DNA of 63,963 nt, counting the filler, from a bacterium (GTDB taxonomy: Bacteria; UBA9089; CG2-30-40-21; SBAY01): NCBI GenBank assembly GCA_040757115.1. It is 6 parts of 6 records of this genome, joined end to end, with 100 filler letters (N's around TTAATTAATTAA, not from the genome) between each part and the next. Parts side by side here need not be neighbours in the genome. Positions count along the whole stretch, not along the records: positions 45,402 to 56,397 come from JBFLYA010000126.1; positions 56,498 to 63,963 come from JBFLYA010000183.1; 4 more parts are not named here. One strand, 5' to 3'. Below are positions 50,628 through 61,300 of this stretch, in pieces. Position 1 is the stretch's first letter; each line of letters starts with the position of its first letter. The position numbers and the translations under genes are program-made. Under the pieces are notes generated by a model. It was not told the DNA's origin and searched no databases. It saw only the letters and a program-made list of their open reading frames with translations.

Positions 50628-51808
50628 TCAATAGATTTTTTCTTTTATCTCTTTTATTAAATTATCTACAAATTCTTCTACTAAAAGATTTGCTGACTCC
50701 TTCGTATGTCTTTTTCGAACGGATACCTTTTCTATTTCTATCTCTTTATCTCCAATGATTAACATATATGGAGTTTTCTCAAGTAATTCTGCTTCACGGA
50801 TTTTAAATCCTATTTTTTCATTTCTTTTATCTACTTTAACCCGCACCCCTTGTTCTAATAATCGTTCTTTAATCTTTTCTGCATAAGAAATATGTCGGTC
50901 GGCAATGGTCATAATCATTACCTGGGTTGGAGAAAGCCAGGTAGGTAATGCGCCCGCATAATGTTCGAGCAACGCCCCTAAAAATCGCTCAAGACTACCC
51001 AACACTACTCGATGAATCATTACTGGCTGATATTCATTACCATCACTGCCTACATAAGTCACATTAAATCTTTGTGGTAAATTAAAATCTACCTGGATAG
51101 TTGGACCTTGCCAGGCTCTACCAAGTGCATCTTTGAGTTTAATATCAATTTTGGGGCCATAAAAAACTCCTTCCCCTTCATCAATGGCATAATTTAGTCC
51201 TTGCTTTTTTAGTCCGACGCTCAAGGCAGAAGTAGCTTTCTCCCAAATATCTGGAGTTCCAACATATTTTTCTGGTTTGGTAGAAAGATAGACATCATAT
51301 TCTTTAAATCCAAAGGTCTTTAACATCTCTGAGGCAAAGTTTAAAACAGTGCATATCTCCTCTTCAAGTTGGTCCTGACGACAAAAGATATGAGCATCAT
51401 CCTGCGTAAATCCTCTCACTCGCAGTAACCCATGTAATACCCCACTTCGTTCATATCGATAGACTGTGCCCAATTCAAAATATCTTATGGGTAATTCTTT
51501 ATAACTTCTTGTCTGGCTTTTATATATTAAAATATGGCCCGGGCAATTCATTGGTTTAAGCACATAAGGATTATCTTCAACTTCCATAAAATACATATTA
51601 TCTTTATAATATTCACAATGCCCTGAAGTCTGCCATAAATCAATCTTAGCAATGTGAGGTGTAACTACTTCTAAATAATCTCTTTTTATATGTTCCTGGC
51701 GTAAAAATTTACATATTTCCTCGCGAATGATTGCTCCTTTTGGATGATAGTAAATTAATCCTGGTCCAACTTCATCATAAATATCGAATATTTTTAGTTC
51801 TTTGCCAA
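50628..51808 (-). CDS. thrS: Threonyl-tRNA synthetase, 5'-partial at scaffold gap
   Basis: GKEL..GPGL.YYHPKG, LKPMNCPGH, GLLRVRGFTQDDAH, GPKID, TIQVDF; frame is open to the gap. Confidence 0.96.
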
Positions 51809-52042
51809 NNNNNNNNNNNNNNNNNNNNNNNNNNNNNNNNNNNNNNNNNNNNNNNNNNNNNNNNNNNNNNNNNNNNNNNNNNNNNNNNNNNNNNNNNNNN
51901 NNNNNNNNCAGATTACGCAGATTTCACAGATTTTTAATTCTCCTGAAAATAATTTTTTCACGCAAAGGACGCAAAGAAATCAACCGCAAAGAACGCAAAG
52001 ATTAAAGGCAAAAGGAATCATAAAAAATTCACGAAACACCAG

Positions 52043-53011
52043 CTAATAAATCTCTGTCTTTTTATCCCCAAATTTGAGTAAAACATTAGGACTGGGATTT
52101 AACTTTTGAAATAGTCTTCTTCCAACTAACGCCCGACGTTCTTTATTTATCTTCACAAAAGGACTGTTACCCCAATCTCGAACGCAGAGAATAGAAAATT
52201 TCGCTTTCAATACTTTGCCCATCTCTGAAACCACCCCAAGAAAAAAATTTCTCCGGTAATAAAAAAAGTGAGCATTCAAATGCTTATGTTCTTCAGGTCT
52301 GTCCTCAGGATAAGGACGTGAAGTTAAACCTTCTGAAATCAGGTAACTCATATCCACATATAAACTTTCACCACATCCTGTATCAAAATCTGCAGTAATA
52401 GTGATAGATTTTGACTTTGGTTCTAATGAGATTACTTGAATTTCTGCTGTAGGATAATTGTCATCTGGAGAAACTCTTGACCATGACGAAGAACTCTCTT
52501 CGATACTTAAGAATCTCTCTTTATCCTCAAAGATAAAAGGGAATTTTCCATTATGCTCTTCACAAATCTCTAATATCTTAGAGCGTTGAGGAAAATCATC
52601 TATATCTTCTGAAAATGTTGCTACCTTTCCATCAATTACCGCTATCCATGCCGCCTTTAATTTCCTAAACTTACTTTCAATCCACTCTTTATTATCTTTC
52701 CAAAGGTCAGATTGAAGTTTAAGTTTTTCTTTCTCATTAAGGGAAGAATACTCCTCCAATGTCAGGTTCTTGCCTACAAACCTGCTTTCTTCCTCATCTT
52801 CTTCACAAAGTCTATAAGGTATTCTTAATTCGCTACTTTCACAATATATAATATACTTCCAATGAGGTAGTTTCCCAAAGCAATAGGTTAGAATCTCTTG
52901 ATCTGGAAAGTACTTTTCCTTAATTAACCTCATTAACCACCAGCTAGACATTGAATACTCCAAGATTTCCTTTCTTTTACGGTATGCTTTGGTTTTGTTG
53001 CCTTTCTCCAT
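52043..53011 (-). CDS. Hypothetical protein: DUF5678-like middle and C-terminal retropepsin-like aspartic protease
   Basis: WIAVIDGKV motif; ITADFDTG catalytic-type motif; ALVGRRLF closing motif. Confidence 0.65.
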   Translation of the reverse strand: MEKGNKTKAYRKRKEILEYSMSSWWLMRLIKEKYFPDQEILTYCFGKLPHWKYIIYCESSELRIPYRLCEEDEEESRFVGKNLTLEEYSSLNEKEKLKLQSDLWKDNKEWIESKFRKLKAAWIAVIDGKVATFSEDIDDFPQRSKILEICEEHNGKFPFIFEDKERFLSIEESSSSWSRVSPDDNYPTAEIQVISLEPKSKSITITADFDTGCGESLYVDMSYLISEGLTSRPYPEDRPEEHKHLNAHFFYYRRNFFLGVVSEMGKVLKAKFSILCVRDWGNSPFVKINKERRALVGRRLFQKLNPSPNVLLKFGDKKTEIY

Positions 53012-53012
53012 T

Positions 53013-54422
53013 TTACAAACCTCTATAGTGTGACATTTTGTAGCGATCCATTTCGTACCCTTCCAGTAGTATAGTAGAATTGGTTCGTCTTACATAAAAT
53101 TGAGTTCCGTCGAGATAATACCATATCTTTCCCTTCGGCACCTGTATAAGACAAAGGTCAATATCTTCATATGTATATCTTCGCACTGTGACAATAGCCG
53201 AGGACTCTCTTCCAATATGTTCTCTGATAAGGTCAGTTAATTTACGAGAAAATGCATCCCAATCTTTAGAGCCATATTCCCGGTTAATCCCGGATACAAT
53301 GCGATTCTTGACCTGTGGAAGTTTTGATAAGGGATTGTTGGACTTTTTCAAAACATCTCCATATCTTTCCTTCTCAAGGACACCTACAAGAATCATTCCT
53401 CCATTTGCATTCAAAAATCCTACAATAGACTTTAAAACTCCATTTATTGCAATCTCATTACTAAGTTCACCTTTGTAATTTTTATCCCGGCACCAGCGAT
53501 CTATATCAAAACATAAAGAGCCCTTAGCCTCAAACTCTCCGTTTTCTTCTTTGTTAAGGTAGTCTGTAATTTCAAATTTTTTCCTAACCACCAAAGATAA
53601 AGACGATATGCCTTCCTTTTCTATGTAATAAGGAGAAGTAACATTAGTAACAAAATAGGTATAGGCTCTAATATAAAATTCCTCTACCCCAGTTTGGCTA
53701 ATCTCCTGAATGAAATCGTTTAACTTAAGATATTCTGAAAAGGAAATTTTTCCCTTTACCAGGAGCCATGCAAATCCACTTCCCACATATATGGATGGTT
53801 CGGTAATCTCCCGGATGTTTTTTAAAAGGATTTTTAGTTTATCTATAATCCTCTGTGTAGTTGCAAATGTAGGCCACTCCCCAACCATAGGAGGTGGAAT
53901 TACTACGAAAAACTTAATCCCCTCATCAGAAGACTTTTTGTCAAGTATCCTAAGGATATTTTGTTTTTCCAGTCCTTTCATGGTTACCTTTGGAAGTTTC
54001 CCCTTATCCAATTCTTCGATAATATCCTCTGACAAATTATCAATATCTTCAGGGGAAGGAGAATAATCACTTTGTTTTTTTTCAAAAGACCACCATTTCC
54101 AATGGATAGGATTTTCCTTTACCACAAATGGAATTGCTTTGGTGCAATATAAATATTTTAATTCATTTTCCAATTCTCTTGGAAAATTTAAAGGGGATAT
54201 TTTTTGAGGGAGCCATATTCGCAAAAGTACATCATAGATGCCATAAATCTCATAGATACAATAAGAAGAAATCTGGTTTCCCTCTAAAAAGTCTCTGATT
54301 TTAGGAAAAATTTCGTCTCTTTTATACACAGGCAAAAACCCAAGCAGGATATATAGAAGATTTTCATTAAATTTTTTATGGATATCATAATGCCACAAAT
54401 GCATAGGTTCTATTTTCCCCAT
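53013..54422 (-). CDS. Schlafen/AlbA_2 domain protein with uncharacterised N-terminal region
   Basis: EEN..FEAKGSL, KSIVGFLNANGGMILVGV.E, FYVRRTNST; N-terminal YEIYGIYDVLLRI resembles an AsnC-type fold. Confidence 0.8.
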   Translation of the reverse strand: MGKIEPMHLWHYDIHKKFNENLLYILLGFLPVYKRDEIFPKIRDFLEGNQISSYCIYEIYGIYDVLLRIWLPQKISPLNFPRELENELKYLYCTKAIPFVVKENPIHWKWWSFEKKQSDYSPSPEDIDNLSEDIIEELDKGKLPKVTMKGLEKQNILRILDKKSSDEGIKFFVVIPPPMVGEWPTFATTQRIIDKLKILLKNIREITEPSIYVGSGFAWLLVKGKISFSEYLKLNDFIQEISQTGVEEFYIRAYTYFVTNVTSPYYIEKEGISSLSLVVRKKFEITDYLNKEENGEFEAKGSLCFDIDRWCRDKNYKGELSNEIAINGVLKSIVGFLNANGGMILVGVLEKERYGDVLKKSNNPLSKLPQVKNRIVSGINREYGSKDWDAFSRKLTDLIREHIGRESSAIVTVRRYTYEDIDLCLIQVPKGKIWYYLDGTQFYVRRTNSTILLEGYEMDRYKMSHYRGL

Positions 54423-54479
54423 ATTTCCTCCTTATATTAGGGAAGACAAGATAGTAAAGAGATTATAATCTGGTTCACT

Positions 54480-54602
54480 CTTTATTCTATCTTCTTGAAC
54501 GACTCTGAGAACCTCCTCTACGGTTGTTACTTCTCTTTCCACCTTTTGAAAACCATCTTCTTGCATAGTTTTCATTCCTAATTTAATAGCAAGTTCTTTT
54601 AT
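54480..54602 (-). pseudogene. C-terminal fragment of a second PilB/GspE ATPase
   Basis: Translates IKELAIKLGMKTMQEDGFQKVEREVTTVEEVLRVVQED; compare the local PilB IKEAAKRSGLITLREATIKKVLAGITTIEELIRV. Confidence 0.7.
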
Positions 54603-54697
54603 TTAAGAAGGAGAATGTTAAAATGACAAATCCAACTACTATTGTTCCAACGATAGAGTTCAGCGGCGGCGGAGAGAATTGCTACTAAACTTTATAA

Positions 54698-54982
54698 CGG
54701 AACTTCCCCCAGAAAACAAACAAAAATTCGAGCTAACCTATTGTTAATTAAGGAGATATGTTGAAAGTGATTTTGAGACTTTCGTGGCTACAATTGAACA
54801 GACAGGTTTATTTCTCATCCTTCATAAAAAATATTATCCCATAAATTGTAAGAATTGTCAAGTATTTTTTTAAAATATTAAAAATATTCGTAGGCACACT
54901 TTTAAAATATATTTTGGTCGTATCCTCTTGATACTCATAAACTTAAATCCGCTTTTTAGATGATTTTTAGGGGGAAGTTCTG
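54698..54982. mobile_element. MITE family D (285 bp), TIR CRGAACTTCCCCC
   Basis: CGGAACTTCCCCCAGAAAA / TTTTTAGGGGGAAGTTCTG; carries minus-strand TTGACA-17-GATAAT at 54833-54861. Confidence 0.7.
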
Positions 54983-55873
54983 CTTTATTGTAGTTTTTTC
55001 CTGATTTTTTACATCTCGCTCTATCGAGAAATTATTACCGTCATTATTATCGTTTGAGATTAATGTCAAAATATCCTTGAAAGATATTATATATGCTTTG
55101 TCAAAGAATACCTGTAGATAGAAATGTTTGACATTGTATTGCTGTATCCATCTGTTAACGAGAGCAATATCCTCCATTTTCGGTGTAATGCTTAAGTAAT
55201 CCTGTTTATGTAATATCTTTATATTTTCTTTTATGTCCTTCAATAATGTTGTTAAATCTCTTAATTCTTTTGTTAATGACCAGGATGGACACCTACAGTC
55301 TAATTCTCTAAAAGTGTCATCCGTAGCATTTGATATAAGATTGTATATAATCTCGTTTTTGCGCCTTAATAGGTCACCAAGATTAGTGCCGATAATCGTA
55401 TTTCTAATTTCGGTGCATTTTTGAATGACCTGCTGTTGTCTTTCTCGCATAAATGTAGCATATTTATTTGCTAAAAACGAGCTTGATCTAACCTCAAGTG
55501 CAACCACCGCTCGCCTTATGTGTTCATCATTTTCAACATCGATAGTTCTATCAGGAAAGTCATTGACTCTAAATATCAGTATATCTGGCCTTTTACCTAT
55601 AGCATTGAGTTCACCCTGGTATTCTATGTAGAAATCTGCAGATCCATCATCACCAGCAGCTATAGATTTAGAACGGCCATATTCAACGGCAAAATAATCA
55701 TTTGAGTATTCATTGATTGCCTTAAAGACAATTTTTTCTGCCCAGTTACCTTGCTCTTTGTTTGTAAGAAATTCAGAGCTTGCCATAGTTGGAGGGCCTC
55801 CGCTCATTTGTATTTTAGTATCAATTTCTAACGGAGATTGTTCAATTAAATTAAGAATGTCGTCTTTGTACAT
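54956..55873 (-). pseudogene. AccI-family restriction endonuclease, 3'-truncated by MITE D
   Basis: SSEFLTNKEQG.WAE, GKRPD, LEVRSS.F, LSITPK.ED, YLQVFFD. The last residues (QNFPLKII) derive from the MITE end; no methyltransferase is adjacent. Confidence 0.75.
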
Positions 55874-55897
55874 ACATACTCCTTATTTTTTGATTCT

Positions 55898-55946
55898 GCC
55901 TAACGATAAAATAACCTGCTCTGTCAGGTTCATTGTTTTGTTAGCA
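55898..55946 (-). other. attC-like site directly upstream of the AccI-like gene
   Basis: Minus strand TGCTAAC..AACCTG-loop-CAGGTT..GTTAGGC, then RBS and ATG within 25 nt. Confidence 0.55.
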
Positions 55947-56258
55947 ATTCATTCCTTTGTCACTTTCTCTCCACACTACTTCTTCGATGCTTCTGCTCCA
56001 CTCTACTTCTTCGCCACTTCCTCTCCGAACCACTTCTTCATTGCTCCTGTTCCAAAATATTTCTTCGCCATTTACGTTCCGAGTCTGTTTCTTCGCGGCG
56101 GGCTAACAAGTTATTATATAGTTTTCTGTATTTTAACACAATAGCCTCAAAAAGTTAAAACTTCTCTCTGCAATCCTCTTTTTTCCCTTCTTCCTAAGAT
56201 TATATACCATAATCTTAATTTATGCAACTAATTTTTAATTTTTTTTGCAAAAGAGGGT

Positions 56259-56295
56259 GTTGAAAAAGTTCTCGCACCCAACAAGGGATTAAGAC
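56259..56295 (+). other. Single 37-bp CRISPR-repeat-like sequence (no array visible)
   Basis: GTTGAAAAAGTTCTCGCACCCAACAAGGGATTAAGAC with an AT-rich upstream region. Confidence 0.3.
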
Positions 56296-56497
56296 TAATA
56301 AGTAATTATTCCTTGACAATTTCTCATCTACTCTTACCTAAGAATTTTTTATTTTTTTTATTTTTTTACTTGACAAAATTGATAATTTGTGCTATACNNN
56401 NNNNNNNNNNNNNNNNNNNNNNNNNNNNNNNNNNNNNNNNNTTAATTAATTAANNNNNNNNNNNNNNNNNNNNNNNNNNNNNNNNNNNNNNNNNNNN

Positions 56498-56680
56498 GAT
56501 ATTATTAAAAAAATTGAAATTAATAGAAACTAATAGAAATTTATGGAAATTTGTTGTTTTCCACAATCAATTTCTACCTATTTCTATAAATTTCAATCTA
56601 TTTCTATTATCTTATCTCCATATCCCCCTTATCTCCTTATCCCCTTTTTTACACTGCTGATACATAACCTGAACGGTTAC
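56498..56680. mobile_element. MITE family B, partial at contig start
   Basis: Ends ACCTGAACGGTTAC; matches 57760-57939. Confidence 0.85.
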
Positions 56681-56685
56681 ATTTT

Positions 56686-57621
56686 TTAGAACTTAGTAAT
56701 GAATGAAAATCTATGCGAATTGTCGAAATCCGGGTGTGATATGTAGCCATAATCTACCGAAACCACAATTCCTTCAAAATATCCCTCTCCGGTGCTTTTA
56801 AATCCAACTCCTGCTGAGTAGCCTGTTTGTTGGTTATATCCGAGTCTAAGACCAAGTGATTGAGTCAACCAGTATTCAATGCCGCTTTGAAAATTAATAG
56901 CATTATCCTTCGGCATATCTATATCTAATGCCACTAAAGTCTTTTCTCCAAATAACTCAGGTTTGTAACATGCACCTAATTTTATATTGAATGGCAGGTC
57001 ATTTTTTGCATCTGCGGTTTTTAATTTTGGACCTAAATTCTGGATATTTAATCCAAAAGAGGTCTTTTTTGTATAATGAAAGAGTGCTCCCAGGTCCACG
57101 GCGATGCCTGTGCCTTTATTACTGGCATAGTCTTGTTTAATCGTTTTTAGATTAAATCCAACAAGAACATTTTTAGGAATTAATAACTCTAATGCGTAAG
57201 ATAAACAAAGGGCTAAATTATCTACTTCTAATGTTGTGGTTGGATTGCTGGCATTATCCCGACCATCAATACCACCTGCCCTTAACATAATTAAACTTAC
57301 ACCCATAGCTCTTTTTATGTTATTAATTGGTGGAAGTGGTTGTGAATAGGCAAGGAAATTAGTTTTTATATCCTCAAACCATATCGTATGAGCGGCGGTC
57401 ATTTCTTTTGATTTGAGTTGGACAAGTCCTGCGGGATTCCAATATGTGGCATTAATATCATCGGCAATGGCTACCCCCGCACCACCCATACCAATGACTC
57501 TTGGTCCTTGCCCTATCTTTAGAAATTGCGCGGTAGCGATACCTACATTATCATCCCCTGCATAACTAATTACTGGCTGACTGAAGATTAAAATGCTCAT
57601 TAATAATACTAACTTTTTCAT
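56686..57621 (-). CDS. PorV/PorQ-family outer-membrane beta-barrel
   Basis: Signal peptide; AQFLKIG.GPR..GMGGA.VA.ADD..A.YWNPAGL; terminal Phe. Confidence 0.85.
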   Translation of the reverse strand: MKKLVLLMSILIFSQPVISYAGDDNVGIATAQFLKIGQGPRVIGMGGAGVAIADDINATYWNPAGLVQLKSKEMTAAHTIWFEDIKTNFLAYSQPLPPINNIKRAMGVSLIMLRAGGIDGRDNASNPTTTLEVDNLALCLSYALELLIPKNVLVGFNLKTIKQDYASNKGTGIAVDLGALFHYTKKTSFGLNIQNLGPKLKTADAKNDLPFNIKLGACYKPELFGEKTLVALDIDMPKDNAINFQSGIEYWLTQSLGLRLGYNQQTGYSAGVGFKSTGEGYFEGIVVSVDYGYISHPDFDNSHRFSFITKF

Positions 57622-57699
57622 TATAAATAACCTCCTTATTTTTGGTAATTGGTAACTGGTGAATGGTAATTAGTTACCATTTAACCGATTACTTACTTT

Positions 57700-57939
57700 G
57701 TAAGCGTTCAGGTGGTGTAAGAAAAGGAGATATGGAGATAAAGGAGATAAGGGGGGATATTATTAAAAAAAATTGAAATTAGTAGAAACTAATAGAAATT
57801 TATGGAAATTTGTTGTTTCCCACAATCAATTTCTACCTATTTCTATAAATTTCAATCTATTTCTATTATCTTATCTCCATATCTTCCTTATCTCCTTATC
57901 CCCCTTCTTACACTTTTAATGTATAACCTGAACGGTTAC
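57700..57939. mobile_element. MITE family B, complete (240 bp), 8-bp TSD CTTACTTT
   Basis: CTTACTTT at 57692-57699 and 57940-57947; GTAAGCGTTCAGGT/ACCTGAACGGTTAC termini. Confidence 0.92.
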
Positions 57940-57989
57940 CTTACTTTAATAATTTCGTGAAGCCCTATTTGGTTACAGATAGAAATTTA

Positions 57990-58367
57990 TTAAGCCGCTA
58001 TTTTCTCTTTTTTCAAACTCTTTCCTATTAATAACTCTAATCTATTGACCCTTCTTTCTAAATCAGGTTTTAATAATATTTCTCTTTGTCCGGTTTTAAT
58101 TTCATGAATATCCCCAACCATTCCTTTTTGTTCGACTTTAATCTCGTGAATCTCCTTCTGAATCGCTTCAAATCGGATATTCATTTCCTGGCGTAAATCT
58201 CTCATTTCCTCACGAAGTAATCTTATTTCTTCCCAAAGCCGGGTAAATTCCTGTTCATGAGACTCTAATTGCTTTTTTATCGCCTTTAGTTCTGGGACTA
58301 AAAGGTCTTGAATTACCTTACGAAATCCTGTAACTATCTCACTGATTTCTTTTATTTCATTAGCCAT
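57990..58367 (-). CDS. Small coiled-coil hypothetical protein
   Basis: Heptad pattern; IQDLLVPELKAI...LERRVNRLE. Confidence 0.65.
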   Translation of the reverse strand: MANEIKEISEIVTGFRKVIQDLLVPELKAIKKQLESHEQEFTRLWEEIRLLREEMRDLRQEMNIRFEAIQKEIHEIKVEQKGMVGDIHEIKTGQREILLKPDLERRVNRLELLIGKSLKKEKIAA

Positions 58368-58377
58368 TATTTTCCCT

Positions 58378-61300
58378 TTATTGAACCACAATCAATTTTT
58401 TGGTTACCGTTACCTCTCCTGATTCATCAGCCGCTGTAAGTCTATAAATATATAATCCTGTAGCCACTTTTTTCCCGGCATTATTTTCACAATTCCAGAA
58501 AATAGCATCATTACCCGCTGGATATACACCATGACTTCCTTGTTTTCCTTGAGGAGATGCAGACGAATATTCTTTAGTCCAAACTTCATCTCCCATAATC
58601 GTATATATTTTAAGAGTAACTTTTGCATCTCTAATCAAGTCATATCTGAAGGTGACTCTACCACCTTTAGTCGGGTTGGGATATGCAAAAACACTTTCTT
58701 TGAATGTTTCTGGTTTTTCTGTTATTTCCGGGATAACATACATAATCGCATACATCTTTCGAATAATCTTTGTCTTGTAAGTCATTTGTTTATTATCTTG
58801 GTCCAGGTGGGCTGTAGTAATTTTTGCCCAATTTGTTCCATCGTATTCATAGATTGCCAGGTCTGCTTCTGTAAGAGAGCGTTGGGATAAATCCTTTACA
58901 TCATCCTGGGTATAATACATAATAAGCTCAACTTCGTTATTAAATACCATTGTCTTTACATCTGGTGTGTCCTTAAGGAAGAATTGGACTACTGGTTTAA
59001 CCACTACATAGCCAGTTCTTGTTGTAGTAGAAGTTCCAGCGGTTACAGTATCTGTTCCTACAGGAGAACCATTAACCGTAGTAGATTCCGGAATCTTTAA
59101 GCAAGTAACCCATTTTTTATATTGATAGTGATAATATTGAACCTCTACTGCCTTAGGCGTAGAATACATAATGGCATAGGAATCTTCTAAACTTACATCT
59201 GGATATTCAGGTAAATTCACTGTAATTTTATTATTGTTTTTATCTATATCATTAACTCCACTTATTTTCTCCCACATTGTTCCATTATATCTCCAGATAG
59301 CTAAATTGTCCTCTGTAATTCCTATTGGTAATGGTAATTTATGTCCATAATACATTGTAAGGGAAATATTACCTACGGGGGGGTCTAATGTTATATCAGT
59401 ATGTTCAGTGTTAAACCACCAAAATTCTATGGCCGGGTCTATTGCTGTATAACCTTCATTTGGTGTAATAGTTCCCTGCTTAATACTAATAGTATTAGTA
59501 CTCACTGTTACGCCGCTGGTAGCATAAGTATCAGCCTTTGTATCAGGAGGAATTTCCAGATAGGTTTTAGTCCCAAGACCTGGATAATTAAAATAAACAT
59601 ATATATAACCCTCTACACTGACATAAAAGGTAAGTTTTGGGCTATAACTATTATTACCTGAAGGGGTTTTATCCCATGCCTCTACCCAGATGGTATAAGT
59701 TCCTCCTTCATCAATGGTAAGGTTCTCATATATTATTCGGCCGCTATTTTCGGTTTCATTAATTTTTTCTTCTCTTCGACTACCACCAAATAATTTATTT
59801 GGTTCATCTTCTTCCCCGGTAGATTGTTTCTTGACTATAATTTTTGATGATGCAAAATCTACCTTTGACTTACCAGTTTCGATTTCTGACAAAGTTACTG
59901 TAATCTTCTGAATTACATTTGGTCCAAAAATATCTTTGTCTTTTAACACCGTACTGTCCACTAAAATGTCAAATATTTCAGGTCCCATTCTATCTAATAT
60001 CGTAAAGGTAAATATTTGAGGCGTATCATCTGCACCATTTTTAGCATTGTCCACAGGTTTTACTTCAATCGTATAGTCATCTGGTAGAGTTAAGGGTGTT
60101 TCCAAAGTCCACTTTACGGTATCAATACCATTATTTGATGGCACACCCGGCATAACCAAACCAATAGAATTTTTAAGTATAATAGTAGATAAGCCAAAAT
60201 CAATTCCTGCCCCACCCTGGTCCATTAATTGAGCAGAGATGACAGATATATTCTCAGTTGGTTCATGGATAGTATTCGCCCCCGGGTCGGTCATAACTAT
60301 TACCGGTGCTATATAATCTGGTTTGATAATTGGAGAGTGAATTACTTCTACCCTACCTTCAACTGATTCAGAGGTTCTACTATATCCTTTTGCATGATTT
60401 GGTTTTTGATGCCACTTCTCGGCTATTGGATTTTCAGCCGGATCTCGAACATAATCTATAAATTTCCAGCACGAACCTACTAATTCTACTTGCATTCTTA
60501 TAATATATGTCCCGTTTGGAATATTCCAATCCTTGATTCCAACACCCCAATCAATATAATATTGATTTTCATCTAAAGGGTCTCGCTGAAGAGGAACTAA
60601 TGTATTCCAGTCATTTCCTTTATTTCCATCTCCCTCATCCGGTAAATCAGTGCCAAGTTTAGGATACCACCCCCAGCCTGTCTCTGTTCCAAAAGGGCCT
60701 GTATAATAATTAGGATAACCATTAGTAAACGGGTCATCATCTGAATCCCCTGTATTCAAATCAGGTAATCCTAAGGGTCTTAATTCATTCCCCTGGGCAT
60801 CAAAACAGGTAAAGTCAACTAAAAGATAAGGTAAGGTGTAAATATCTTCTGAATCCATCTCAAATCCTAAATTTTCTAATTGAGACTTTGTTGCCTCTAC
60901 TGTAACATGAATATTTGTCCAGAAATCGGTATCATCTTCTATCTGAGGGGTAGGAGTAAATTCAGTTTCATCAATCTTCAATTCTGTAATGGTAATGTTA
61001 ATAGTACTTGCTTTTATTGCTCCAATTCTTTCTGTCGCTTTATTCCCAGCTGTATCAACAGCATTAATCTTAAAGGTATAGTCTCCATCTTTCACTAATC
61101 CTCCACACAAATTCTTTCCATCCCATGTTGCTGAACAATTATCCCCATATTGAGGTTCAGGAATAGTTAATATTCTAATCCGGTCGTTGTCCTTCCATAT
61201 TTCTATTGTTACCTTAGACCCTATTTCTAAGAGGGTATATTTTATAGTTACATTTTCAGAGCCTGGTCTAAATATACCAGGGAAGGCACCAAAGTTAGTA

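Noticed and set aside
55950-56075. Short minus-strand ORF with 27-bp GAAGAAGT periodicity
   Set aside because: Multiple in-frame stops; at most a decayed cassette, with no assignable product.
11429-56497. Functional linkage between genes across the TTAATTAATTAA linkers (for example pilT with the giant adhesin, or the toxin orphan with pilB)
   Set aside because: The linkers are artificial and the contigs are ordered by length, so adjacency carries no information.
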